Shown: positions 24,735 through 44,581 of the stretch, piece by piece
How positions within the stretch are numbered: position 1 is the stretch's first letter
Layout of the letters: every line of letters begins with the position of its first letter
Assembly: GCA_002269645.1 (NCBI GenBank)
Contig: NIVC01000217.1
Location: forward strand, 62,001 to 126,000
Length of the DNA: 64,000 nt
Direction: 5' to 3'
Origin: Macrostomum lignano
Lineage: Eukaryota
Translations under genes and position numbers: made by a program
Notes under the pieces: generated by a model
Databases searched by the model: none
What the model was told of the DNA's origin: nothing
The model's input: only the letters and a program-made list of their open reading frames with translations

Positions 24735-25417
24735 TATAATTACAATGCACAGCTGGCTTAGATGGAATGTCATTCATGCAGCTTTCGTTTCGAGTAAGTC
24801 ATATTTGTCTATGGTCGAAAGGCACACTTCAGGCTTCGCTTTTCTAGCTTTATGTACATGTAGCATTGCCATTGTGGCCTTAATAACATACATGTATACT
24901 ATTATATGTTCACCCTAACCCCCGATTATAGTTGGCAACTATTTATTAATTTATTATTACTTTACGAGTTATTACGTAGAAAAAAAGTACTTTTTATTGC
25001 CAAATAAAAAGTGGCAATGACATAAGGCATGGTAAGCCAGGCCAACCCGCCCCCCCCCCACAATTGAAATTCCTGGCTACGCCACTGTACCATTTGAACC
25101 ATTTGAAACATTTGTACAAAATACGTTAATAAACCCTTTGAAACACAGTAAAAGTGACTCAGCTTTCCAGAGTCTCGAAGTTCTACACAGTAGTTCAAAA
25201 CAAGCAGATTTTTTGAGCTGCTCCTTTTGTTAATATATAGATGATTCACTCGTTGCGATGTCGTAACCTAATTATTACCAACGAATTCAAAATATTGTAC
25301 ATGGCCTACGTATAGATTCTACCTGATTTCTATGGCCAAAGAAGCTCCCTCCGTAAATGAAGTATTTATTATACATGAGTTTTTGTTCGGCGGTATAAAC
25401 CATAATTCGAAGCAAGC

Positions 25418-25900
25418 ATGCCAGCAGACAGCAGCAGCAACCAGTCGTCCGAAGTTCAACCGATCAGAGTTCTACAACGTCGCCTAGCGGATGCTCGCCA
25501 GTACTACCTGCGAAGGCGACAGCGGCAGGAGCGACACTCCAGATTGCTGACAGCTGCAGCTGCGGCCGCTGACAGGCTGGGAAATCGAAGTCGCAGCATG
25601 AAGTCATTGACAGGTAAGAAAGTGCACCAACGATGCAGTTGCACAGTGTGCACCTGTCCCTGCAGAGCTTCTGCAAGCGGCGCTGGTCAGGCAAAACTGA
25701 AGCAGCAATCCGCGGGTAGCGCTGTCAGAGCTCATGCTTTCAATTTTCAAAAGTCGGAAAACTTCAAACGAATCCGGATGTTGAACGAGTTGGCCGAATC
25801 GATGGCAGCAGACCCGAATCAGGCGAGAAGGTCGCGGCTGAGGACGAGACTGAGGGCCAACGCTGCAAGGACACGGGGAGCCTCTGGACACCATGGCTGA
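25418..25900 (+). CDS. hypothetical basic protein, 160 aa
   Basis: ATG-initiated ORF forming a GC-rich island in AT-rich flanks. It is Arg-rich with a CSCTVCTCPC cluster. No family recognised. Confidence 0.4.
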   Translation: MPADSSSNQSSEVQPIRVLQRRLADARQYYLRRRQRQERHSRLLTAAAAAADRLGNRSRSMKSLTGKKVHQRCSCTVCTCPCRASASGAGQAKLKQQSAGSAVRAHAFNFQKSENFKRIRMLNELAESMAADPNQARRSRLRTRLRANAARTRGASGHHG

Positions 25901-27019
25901 TCAATAATCTTACGCGGGTTTTGTAAGAAAGTCAAAAAGCTGGATAAAAATTGATAAACTGATTTACGCTCCTCCTGAAAACAAAATCACCTTACATGCA
26001 TTTGCACCCATCGGAGAGTCCATACTGTACTATTTAGAAAATACTATAACTATAAACCTTCTAAAATGAAAATATTTGATATACGAGCCTATGTACATTT
26101 ACAAAGTACATCAATAAAATTGCAGCATAAAAATTTGAACATGACTTTGTTTATTGCTAATACGACTTGTTTCTTTGCTTAGTTTAATTAAAGCATATTT
26201 AAATTTATACTATCGTAGACTTCAGATTTTTATTGATTTATGGATCCTGCTCATTGCTATGAGTACCTCTTTATGAATCCTGCTCTTCTCTATGAGCACT
26301 TTATAAATACTGCTTATTGCTAAGAGTACCTCTTTATGGATCCTGCTCATTTGACTCTGAATATTTTATGTATCCTGAGTATTCCAAATACGTTTAACGT
26401 GTAATTTACATGTACATATACTTTTGAAAGCAAAGCGAGTATTTTAAAGTCTGGATAGAATTTTATCATTTACTTGATGAAATGTGCTCTAGGAAAATGA
26501 CTGTTCACACATGCCACGTGCAAAATATATTGTAACTTTTGCCAGGCGATACAATTTTATTTTAAAGTCTGTCGGTTTGGTGATATTTAGTAGTGTAAAT
26601 AACAATCAATAAATTCTGTAGGAAATCGATGTACCTGATAAGTAACAACTCATTACTTGCGAAGACATATTGGTTGAGCGTGCACACTTAGTTTAGAAAG
26701 TTTGATACAATATATAGTGCAATACACAACACTGGCTACTTAAAAATAATGACAGTAGCGCCATATAGCTTAGATTTAAAATTTAGCCTTAAACTTCTGC
26801 AAAATTTGACCCAATAGTATTATTTGTACACTCTATCTTCAGGATTGGACAGTTTTGAGACAGTTTTTGAAAGTAAACACAAGTGTGGACGCAGTCATAC
26901 GCACAGGCAGACACTCATCCTAGGTTTTGTTAATCGTTATAGACATGTACAATTCAATATGCCTTGTGGGTAGGCCCTTAGAGCGCTAATTTCACTAAGA
27001 GAACCAAAATAAATTGATA

Positions 27020-27083
27020 AGACTGTATTTGGAATCTAGCCTGGGCCGCTGGCACATCGGAAACCTGCACTATACGGCCGCCC
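27020..27083 (-). mobile_element. tRNA-derived SINE, family A copy 2 (partial)
   Basis: ttggaatctagcctgggccgctggcacatc aligns with 810-840 (cttggaatcgagcctgggtcactggcacacc). Confidence 0.5.
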
Positions 27084-27569
27084 TCTGCACATACTGTACT
27101 GATGCATTCAAATACTCCTAGAGAAAGTAAAAAAAAAATCAAAAAAAGTTGTTTAAAATATCAATCTCTAAATAAATCCATTATAAAAAGAAATTATATA
27201 AATTATACGGTGGATAGCAGGATACAAACCGCGCAAAATCGTTTCTTGGTAAATTTGAAGGCTTATTTTTAGATGTACATACAAGTAAAACCCGTGATAC
27301 TCGGATTAATAGTCTACATCTTTCAAAATTTCAGCATTGAATAACAAAAATTATTGTCACGTAATGTAAAATACTGGTAATGACAACTAACGACTCATAA
27401 CTCGTAGTTATGAACTAAAAACTTTATTTATACTACAAACGTACATGCATGCAGTGCAAAGTGAGCATTTTGGGACTGACAGCAAAATGTTATTCGTAGA
27501 TAAAATTTAAAAATATTTGAAATTTATTAGCAAGTAAAATATAATGGAGTCTTTAAATGTATTATAAAA

Positions 27570-35614
<8,045 letters not shown>

Positions 35615-38600
35615 GACGTCTCAGAAAACTTGTATTATCTTTTTAAACTTTCAGAGCTGTAATGAGCAAGATGAAATTGTAACTTCTGGTCCTAATAAAT
35701 TTAAGAATTCAGCGATCGATAATATGCAGCTGATTTGTTAGTCAATAGGGACGATTAACTCAGTAAACTAAGTATAAAAACGATAAGTTCACTGATTCTA
35801 AGTACTAGTTTGCTATAAGAGGAAGCGTATAAATGCCCGAAGCAGAAGTAAGCGAATTAAAGTCTGGGTAATTCTCGGTGTGATTTAAGTTTTGATGCAG
35901 TGTATTCTGGTATTGATAATGAGTTTGTAGACTTTAGTTAAAATAGGTAGCCTAAAAAAATAGCAAAATATATTTTACGGATAAGCAATGCATAAATGTA
36001 TCCGAAAAATCGATGTAGAAACAATAAAAATCGCAAATGGAATTAGAATTTTAAAATAAACAAAATGATATAAGAATAAAAGAATACTGCAATATGCACA
36101 TTTGACTACTTTGAAAACTCAGTAGTAGAGTGTTATTTTTGTGCTAAATATCGTGTTTTGTAGTCTTAATCGAAAAAAGGCCTATAATGGCCTTCTGAAG
36201 GGAGATTTTTGCTCAAAAAATTATTTCTTGCAACTGTTTTGATGAAAATGAAGGCCTTGGCTCCAAATCATTTTGCAGCAACTCCTCCCCAAACTTCACC
36301 TTTCTATTGTTATTCGGTTTGTACACACAAGGGTGGAAAATTTGTGTCATATTTTATCAAATTAATTGTTATACCTTCGAGAGAATCGAACTCCCGACCT
36401 TTCGTATTTAAAAATGCGCGTTGATTCACCCTCTTCCCAATAGCAGTGGAGGCGCAACAAAAAACAGGAAATTCTTTAAAGCTGTTTAGGAGTTCGTAAA
36501 TGAAAAAAATAAATTGGTACCGTACATGTTAAGGCAAAGAAACTGTAAAAAAATCAATAACAAGTTGAATATCTGCTGTACAAAATTGAATCGCACCAAT
36601 AAGTGTGAATTAAATGTCTCAGAAAGAGGAATCCAACCGGATTAAGATGTCAAGCAAAATAAATTATTACGGGTGTAGTAGTGCTTAGATAATGAAGATA
36701 ATTAAATAGATAATGCAGATGCAGAGAGATGGTAAATTTTATAGTAAGCCAGAATGAAACATTAACATTAAACAGCGTTGTATATTAAACAGCTACAGCC
36801 CACCATGAACATCCAACTTGGTGGTAGAGGGGCGAGTGTCCATTTAAGGGTGTTGCCTCCACGCGCTTGCCTCTTATTTAGGGTCATCAAACTCTGTTAC
36901 TTTTTGAAAGCGCCATGAAATTAACCGTCAAATTAAACGTCTGCTGTGCAAAACCACGAAAAACTTGTAACAAGCTATGTGTTCTCAAATAGTTCAGAAT
37001 CATTTATTAGGTGGATGTGTGAACAAGCCTGTAAATAGTAAACTGTAATACTTGCAATTATTTACATATTTACAATCCCATTTAAAGTCGAATGGTTGTG
37101 TCCTACTTAAAATGTTACGTATACTAGTTTTAGTAGTAAAATAGCTCTTTATTATTCTTTATTCTCTCTTTATTACTCTTTACTCTTTACTCTTTATTAT
37201 TATTCTTTTTTTATTATAATCACATAGACATAGAGACAAGTTTTTGTTTCTAAAAAGTACATGCCACAGTGGAATAGCTCTTGATAAATTTCTGAGTTAA
37301 GAACCGTTAAACGTACTTGTGAGATATTTTTAGTAGAACGTTTTGCTTTGCCTTTGCTTTTTCAAATAGTTAAATTTGAAAATAATAACTTTAATTAATT
37401 AAATTTTATTGGAAAATCAATAATAAAATAACAGTTGCTAACGCTAATCAGTTCAAGTTAGCTTAACCGCCGTTTTCTATCGGTGAGAGAAATATTTATT
37501 TCCTAAAGTATTATGTAAATATGAAGTTCTTTTTAACTTACATAATAGTTACACATTAGTAACATATTAGCTATTCAAAAGGTAAAGCAGTGAAGCACCA
37601 TTCCAATTAGAGTAGCATGCTAAGGACAGCAACTTAAATTAAGCTGAACAAAAAGATAAGTTAAAAATCTGCATAGTTTCCACCACGCTAAAGATATCTT
37701 CAAAAAGAAAAACTATTGTTTCAAAAATGTAATTTTTAAGTATATTTGAAAATTATGATTTTGGTGTCTGTTTGCATATTTAACCTGTTGAGCGATAAAA
37801 ATATGTATTATTTGTTATAACGCGTTATAATTTTAAATTAATATCTTTTTCGCAGAATCGCTGGTTGAGACTTACGAGACTGGCATCTTGCTTGCTGTAC
37901 TTGCGTGGCTAAAGGGGCTTGCCCTAACTCTAAGCTGAGGTGGATAAGAACTGACGTAAATTCATATGTCTTTCGTGATTGAAGGATTCAAAACCATATA
38001 CATTTGGGATTGGGACTCAAGTTTTTACTGGCTGGGGATTTGGTATTCATATATTTTAAGTTAGCCTATCAAATATTTTAACTTACTCTTTTTTAACTTG
38101 CCAGGCACTTAGGAGGTTTCCATCTGTATTTTGTATCCAAACTGATAAGTGACACTAAGTAACACTAAGTACTAAAAGTAAAACTAAGTCTGAGGTATCT
38201 ATCTATAAGGCATTATATGAAGCAATGTCCAAGTAAGGTTTACTTAGGCCCTAATCAAATATTTAATCAAATTTAATCAAATCACATTTAACAATTTAAT
38301 TAAGTCCCTAACAATGCAATATACGTTGTCCTAATCTTAACCTAAGTAGGCTTAAGTAGTCAATTTTATGTTTATGTTAGTTTTTTATTTTATAATAAAT
38401 CCTTAAAAAAGAAGTATTATGGCCTAGGACAAGGTCCTTAAAATATTAAGTCATAAAAAATAGAAAATAGTCAAAATCTAATTAAGTTAGATTAGAATTT
38501 GTTACAAAAATCCTTTAAACTCTAATTTGCATAGGCCTAGGCCTATGATATGGTAAATATTGATGCGACACAGACAATTTATTTTAGTTTGAATGATAAT

Positions 38601-38739
38601 GCAGCAAACTGATCTATTTGCTAAGTAAAAATTCACAACAAAGAAAGGCTAGATTTAGTTATATAAATACAAAATGGTATAAAATGATATTTGAGTTATC
38701 AATAAAAGTTAAAATAGAAAGTATGTTATGTATGCAAGA

Positions 38740-38820
38740 GAGCCATAGCCTAGCAGTCTAGCATAAGCTCTAGTATTCCAGTAACCCAGGCTTGATTCCA
38801 AGTGCAATCACATTAATTTG
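38740..38820 (+). mobile_element. tRNA-derived SINE, family A copy 3
   Basis: gccatagcctagcag...gtaacccaggcttgattccaagtgcaatcacattaat matches the reverse complement of 793-873. Confidence 0.55.
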
Positions 38821-39017
38821 GGACTGAATTGGAATCTTGGCTTGGCTCTACTCTTGCAATTAATGGCCTTGAAAGCCAACCCTCCCCTAAGGCGCAATGA
38901 AATATATATGCCTAACAATAAAATAAAGTTAGGGCCACTATACATCCCTATATGAGTGAGTACCTATGTACATATCCATGCACTTGTATGCTTGCTCAGG
39001 GGAGTTGGTGGAATGGG

Positions 39018-39160
39018 AAGCAATGGAGGGTTCATCGGAAGTCAGAGTTAAAGGCAATGGCCTAATTGACACTCGCGGCTACCGCCACTCTGCGGCTACC
39101 ATGGCTTGTGTCAAAGGCCATTGCCTTAAACTCTGACTTCCGATGAACCCTCCATTGCTT
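39018..39160. repeat. long hairpin (~55-bp arms, 35-nt spacer) upstream of the Crypton ORF
   Basis: aagcaatggagggttcatcggaagtcagagttaaaggcaatggcctaattgacac versus gtgtcaaaggccattgccttaaactctgacttccgatgaaccctccattgctt: one mismatch and a 2-nt indel. Confidence 0.9.
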
Positions 39161-39362
39161 AAAATTTCAAAACTCTTACGTAATCTATGCACTTTATGGA
39201 CACTATCTTGAATTCTTATCAGTCGATGCTTCTAAGGAGATTTGAGATAGGCCTAAGGTTACCTCCACCTCGCCTATGTCTCACCTTTAAGTCGCGCACC
39301 TGAAGTCACCCACCCCTTACTCTGCACCCACCCCTAAATTAATTACAAATATAAATATTTGC

Positions 39363-40900
39363 ATGTCTAGAGGTCAAATCTCAGATAGAGAAAAGCGGAC
39401 GGCTGCAGAGATGGAGGCACCGCTCATTAATTGGAAGCATTTGCCCTGCAGTGAGCTGGGCAACGTGACTAAGGACAAATTGAATTTTGTTTCGGAGGCT
39501 TCTTACAATGACAGAAGGGACAATGAGTTCGCTAGATTTCTCGAATTCATTCAAAAGGAGCCCGAGCCCAATGAGCATCTGCCGCTCCTGCAGGAAGGTG
39601 GCGTAGATATCAGCGCCATGGACATCGCCGAGATTGACAGCCTACCAGCAGACAGCAGGAAGCAGATGATCAGCCATGGACAGCGGTTCAAGACATTCCT
39701 CACAGAGGAAAATCTTCAGCGCAATTTACAAACCATTCCGAATTCGGTGCTCAACCAATACATTCGCTACTTCTACTTTAAACTGAAGAAGATTGACGGC
39801 AAACCTTACTTGCCCGCATCGCTGGTGTGCATCAGGGCTGGACTGCAGCACTATTTGTGGATGATTGAGAAGCTAACCGTTGACATCATCAATGGAGAAG
39901 ACTTTTCTTCTGCAAATAGCATGCTGCGTGTGAAGGTTCGAGACTTTCACCAGAGTGGTGGGAGGACGCAGCAGTTTGAGCCAATCGAGGAGGGGGACAT
40001 GAGGAAGCTGATGATCTACTTCCAAGGCAGCACAGCTGAAGTTGAGCAGGACAAATTCTTATTCTACATCATATACAGCTTTGGCGAGCGAGGCCAGGAG
40101 CACCTCAAGTTCTTGAAGGATAGAAGCTCACTTCAATTGCACGTCGACTCTGATGGAAAGCCGTTCTACTGTCTGCCTCCGTTGCCCTCGAAAAATAAGT
40201 CAGCAGATCCAGAGAAGGCCAAGAAGCAGCCGGACAACAAGCAGGCCAGAATTTACGACGTGGAAAAGGTGGAGAAATACCTCAAGCTGCTTCCAGTTAC
40301 AACGAAAGACAACAATCTGTTTCCTCGTCCTTTGGCCAGCTGCAACGATGGAGGCCCTGTTTTCTCCTCGAAGCAGAACCGTGGAGAGAATTATCTGAGT
40401 GGCTTCATGAGAAAATTGAGTATGAAGGCAGGACTTGCGAAGACCTACACAAATCATTGCATTCGGTAAGACTGATAAATTAATAATAGTAACTTTAATT
40501 ATGTTATGATACATGTTATGTTACCAATTACTCATGAATCCAACTATATAAATTTGCACTCTAAAACAGGGTCACGCGAATATGCGATCTCGAGGCGGCA
40601 GGGCACAGCATGAGCAATATAATGAGCATTACTGGACAGCTGAGCGAGCGAACGACTAGGAGGTACCTAGCCAAGCGTCGCAACCGGTCGCTTCAAAAGA
40701 CGAGTGAGTCTGTTCAGGTGGCATTGAATCGTCATGATCTAGAGCAAGAAGCTGGGCCACCCGAACATGCTGATGCTGTTGAGATCGTCGGTGAGACTGC
40801 AGTATCGACGGAGGTTAGTGTTAGCACTGAAGCTGCCTATTCTGTTGGTACGAAGTTTGCCTTCAACAATTGCACCTTTCACGGATGTTCCTTTAATTAG
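39363..40900 (+). CDS. CryptonA-like (DUF3504-type) tyrosine recombinase, 2 exons
   Basis: Exons 39363-40465 and 40570-40900 (GT-AG, phase 2). Motifs: KIDGKPYLPASLVCIRAGLQHYL, FGERGQE (R), KNK, YTNHCIR|VT (HxxR), ITGQLSERTTRRY (Y), and a C-terminal FNNCTF tail. Confidence 0.88.
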
Positions 40901-42661
40901 GCATGCAATCTTTACTTCTACAGGAATCAGCAAATTGTACTCGTAGAATTACTGAAAGAATAAGAATGACAGTCTAGTTTAATATTTTTTATTTAGTGAC
41001 TTTAACGACCAGTATGATGTTCATCACCGACAAAAGTTTACATGATACACTGACACTGTGCTTTTTGTACTGTCGATTTTGCAATTCCTGTGCCAGTTTA
41101 ATTATTTACATCTTAAAATAAACATTTTGAATTGACTGATGCAAAATATGCTTTGCAAGATGCTGGATAAAAACTGGCTTGAATTAATTGGTTGCATTGG
41201 AATTGGAATTCTAGGCAATGGCCGGCCATTGCCATGGGTCATTGCCATGAGGAGAAATTTTGGGCAATGCCTCTTGTCAGTTGTATGTTATGTCATTTAA
41301 AGTGCGCCAGGGTGCATATAACCCCCTTGCCTCTAATAAAAAATGTTATGTATAGGCATTGATATACACATGAATAGGGTGCACGCTTAGCATGGTAAGC
41401 AGCCCACAAAGTGAGTCAAGGTTTAATAGCTAGGCAGTCAATAGTGAGCAATAACCCCCCAACACTTCAAATATAATAAAATTTATTGAGTTATTTATAG
41501 AGTTAAGACTTTATATAAATTTAATTTAGTTAGATTAAGAACAAGTCAATAAAAAATTGTGTCAAATTTCAAGTCAATTGCATCATATGGAGCAAACTTT
41601 AATAGCAAAAAGTTATTTCATTTTAAAACCTATTTATACTAAGGCTAGATAAAAAAGAAAAGGAAATAAAAGTTAGGGTAATTGTCTTGCTAAAAAAAGT
41701 AGGCTAGCTTCAAAAGTGCACATCACCATTTAGGAATCACTTTCAGATTCAAAATTTTATATAATTGCATTGAAATAGTTAAGATTGGTTTTTTCAAATT
41801 TCAAACTGATTAGTAAAAGTGGAGCAACACTGAAAGATAAAAGAAAAATATAAATATACTATTTAGTAGGCCTAGTTTTAAGTAGGAAGACTTGAATTTA
41901 GGAAATTTCAATGGTACATAGCCCTTTGATGGCTTTGAAGACATTTTCTATAGGCTAGGCCTAATGTTTTTAAAAATAGGTACAAAATTTGGTATCATTT
42001 GGTTGAGTGGTTCAGAAATCCATAGCAAATAGATTTGTACATAAGCTTAAAGTTTATAAATATATAAAATCTATATCTATATATTTTTTCTAAAATCTAT
42101 ATATATAGATTTCCTAATTTTTCTATATATATATATACAATGGAAAAAATGACAAGACCTCATTTGTACGCTAGGTTTGTGTACCAATACAAAAAATTGT
42201 CATTTGACACAATGTATCTGCTGTGTTATGTATGCCGGGATATAGCCTAATGTATGTTGAAGAATAGTAAGACCTTGGCTATATGGCAAGAAATCCTAAA
42301 AGTGTATATGTTGCCTTCCAAACTATGGCAATTATAATTGTCTTAATAAGCCTAAATGTCCCATCATCTAATATTAGTACTATATCTATATACTAATAGA
42401 CATTTTCTCAACTTACTATTGGTCTACTATAAATTACAATGGCTGGATTGGCTAGGTTGGCCAAAAGTATGCATGTATATTGCTATACTTGATTTCTTTT
42501 GTCCTGTGACTTAAATATATTTTTCCAAAACGTACAAAGTGCCAACATGCTTTTTCCAAATATAATATGCCAAAATCTATGAAAATAGGAATTGGCTCCA
42601 ATTGGGATTAATTTACTTGTTATATAACATTGAATATATTGTTTACTTTAATATTCATATA

Positions 42662-43983
42662 CTGATTGGTAAAAATCTGGACATGGTTAGTTTTTGCCAT
42701 AGACAAAATTTAACGAGGCAAATTTATTGAGCTGATGCTTTTGAGCAATACTGGGGGTCTTCCTCACAACTTAAGTTGTTTTTTTCACTTGTTTGCCCCG
42801 TCACGTCTGAGATGCAGTCTCTAAATGAAGAGCAGCGGCGTAAACTGGTTGTACAATATAAAATTGAGCACCCTGGGCTGAGCAACAATGCAATCGCAAA
42901 ATATTTTGCTGAGCTTGGTGTCCCAAGATCAACCATTTATGGAATTCTGGATCGCTACTCAGCAACTGGAGAAGATTCTGTGCTACGGAAGGAGGGGTCA
43001 GGACGACCAGCTACCAAGGTCACTGCCACTTTGATGGAGAAGATGTCAAATGATGCCAGGACGGGTCTGTCCCAGCGCGAAATTGCACGCAAATATGACA
43101 TCAGCCAGCCGTACGTCAACGAGATTCTCAAGAAGCAGGGACTAAGTGCATACAAGAAAGAAAAAGTGCCATTTGTGTCGTTTGAGCAGAAAGAGCGCCA
43201 GCGTGTGAGGATTAACAGGCTCTACCGTGCTGTGCTGGCAGGAGATGACGGCGGACTGGACATTGTCATGGACGATGAATCGTACTTCTCTCTGTCATCC
43301 AATGTCATCCCTGGTAACAGGTTCTATTATGCAACAGCTCGAGGTGATGCACCTGATGAGGTTAGGTGTTCACCCAGCAAGAAATTTGAGGCCAAAGTCT
43401 TGGTCTGGCTGGCCATCAGCAAGAAGGGCATGTCCAAGGTCTTCTTCTGCCACGGCAGCTCAATGAACAAAGAGATCTACATAAGAGAGTGCATTCACAA
43501 GCGTCTATTGCCATTTATTAAGGAACAGCATGCTGACGGCAACTACCTGTTCTGGCCTGACCTGGCGAGCTGTCACTATGCTCGTGACGTCATTGACACA
43601 TTTGAAGAGGAAGGTGTCAATTTTGTCAGCAAGGAGCTCAATCCTCCCAATGTACCACAGCTGCCACCAATTGAGAACTTCTGGGGGATGTTGAAGCAAA
43701 AGGTTTACCATCACAATTGGACGACGGACAGTCTGGAACAGCTGGAAAATCGCATTCGCTACTGCCTCCGCCAGGTGGATCTGCACTGTGTACAGGAGAT
43801 GATGACCAATGTCAAGTCCGGGATTCGCCGAGCTCGGGCTAATGGTGTCGGAGCCGTTTGGCAATGAGCCAGACAATCCCTTATATATTGAACTTAATCC
43901 AAGTTAAAAGGCATGTGTTCAATTTGTTTATTGTTGTCTTGCTAAAACAAATAAAAATGTCCAGATTTTTACCAATCACCCAG
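42662..43983 (+). mobile_element. Tc1/mariner DD37E (TRT/ITmD37E-type) transposon
   Basis: TIR tgattggtaaaaatctggacat / atgtccagatttttaccaatca. TA flanks at 42660-61 and 43984-85. The left terminus lacks 4 bp relative to the right. Confidence 0.9.
42812..43867 (+). CDS. DD37E transposase, uninterrupted ORF
   Basis: N-terminal HTH pair, VMDDESYF, FWPDLASCH and PNVPQLPPIE. 37 residues lie between the second D and the E. Confidence 0.92.
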   Translation: MQSLNEEQRRKLVVQYKIEHPGLSNNAIAKYFAELGVPRSTIYGILDRYSATGEDSVLRKEGSGRPATKVTATLMEKMSNDARTGLSQREIARKYDISQPYVNEILKKQGLSAYKKEKVPFVSFEQKERQRVRINRLYRAVLAGDDGGLDIVMDDESYFSLSSNVIPGNRFYYATARGDAPDEVRCSPSKKFEAKVLVWLAISKKGMSKVFFCHGSSMNKEIYIRECIHKRLLPFIKEQHADGNYLFWPDLASCHYARDVIDTFEEEGVNFVSKELNPPNVPQLPPIENFWGMLKQKVYHHNWTTDSLEQLENRIRYCLRQVDLHCVQEMMTNVKSGIRRARANGVGAVWQ

Positions 43984-44581
43984 TAACTATAAGGTTTATT
44001 ATATAATATAATGTTCTTTGACTATATAACTTTTTTCTGTTTTTTAGGTAAGTAAATGGTAAACAAAGTGGTAAACAAAGTAAACAAATGGTAAAACATG
44101 GTATTTTCATTCCAAACAAAGTTGCATGGCCAATTTAATTTTAAACTTTATATGAAATATATATAAGCTACTTTACTATCATAACTAAAATAACTTTGGT
44201 AGCTTATATGACATGCTCAATACATTTAAATCTAGGAAGAGTAATAAGGAATAAGTTATTGGAATTATTTGAAAAGTTTAAGTATTATTCATATTTTCTT
44301 TTGCCTAATAAAACTTAATATATTTTCTGTTTATTTAGTACTTAATAGGTTACTTAAAATGAAAATAATACCCATTATGAAGAATGAAATAAATTCTTGT
44401 TAGAAACAAGAATTCTTTCTCAAAAGGAATAGATATATTGCAGTTAAAACTTAATTTAGTTTATAATTCAAAAAATTATATTGTTTCAATTAATCCAGTT
44501 GTTACTGCTGAGGTTTATAATTTTTGGACATTTTAAAAAGTTATTAATCAAGCTGCTAATCGATATTTTGCAGTGTCCAGA

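Larger units (their letters stand above)
39018..41272 (+). mobile_element. putative Crypton DNA transposon (boundaries approximate)
   Basis: The YR gene is bracketed by GGCAATGGCC-containing inverted repeats on both sides. Confidence 0.55.

Noticed and set aside
25040-25088. cagtggcgtagccaggaattt...ggggg MITE-like terminus (minus strand)
   Set aside because: Only one end is seen, with no partner TIR or TSD, so it cannot be delimited.
36375-36450. tRNA gene on the minus strand
   Set aside because: It has a B-box (gttcgattc) but no convincing cloverleaf or acceptor stem. At most a SINE or tRNA relic.
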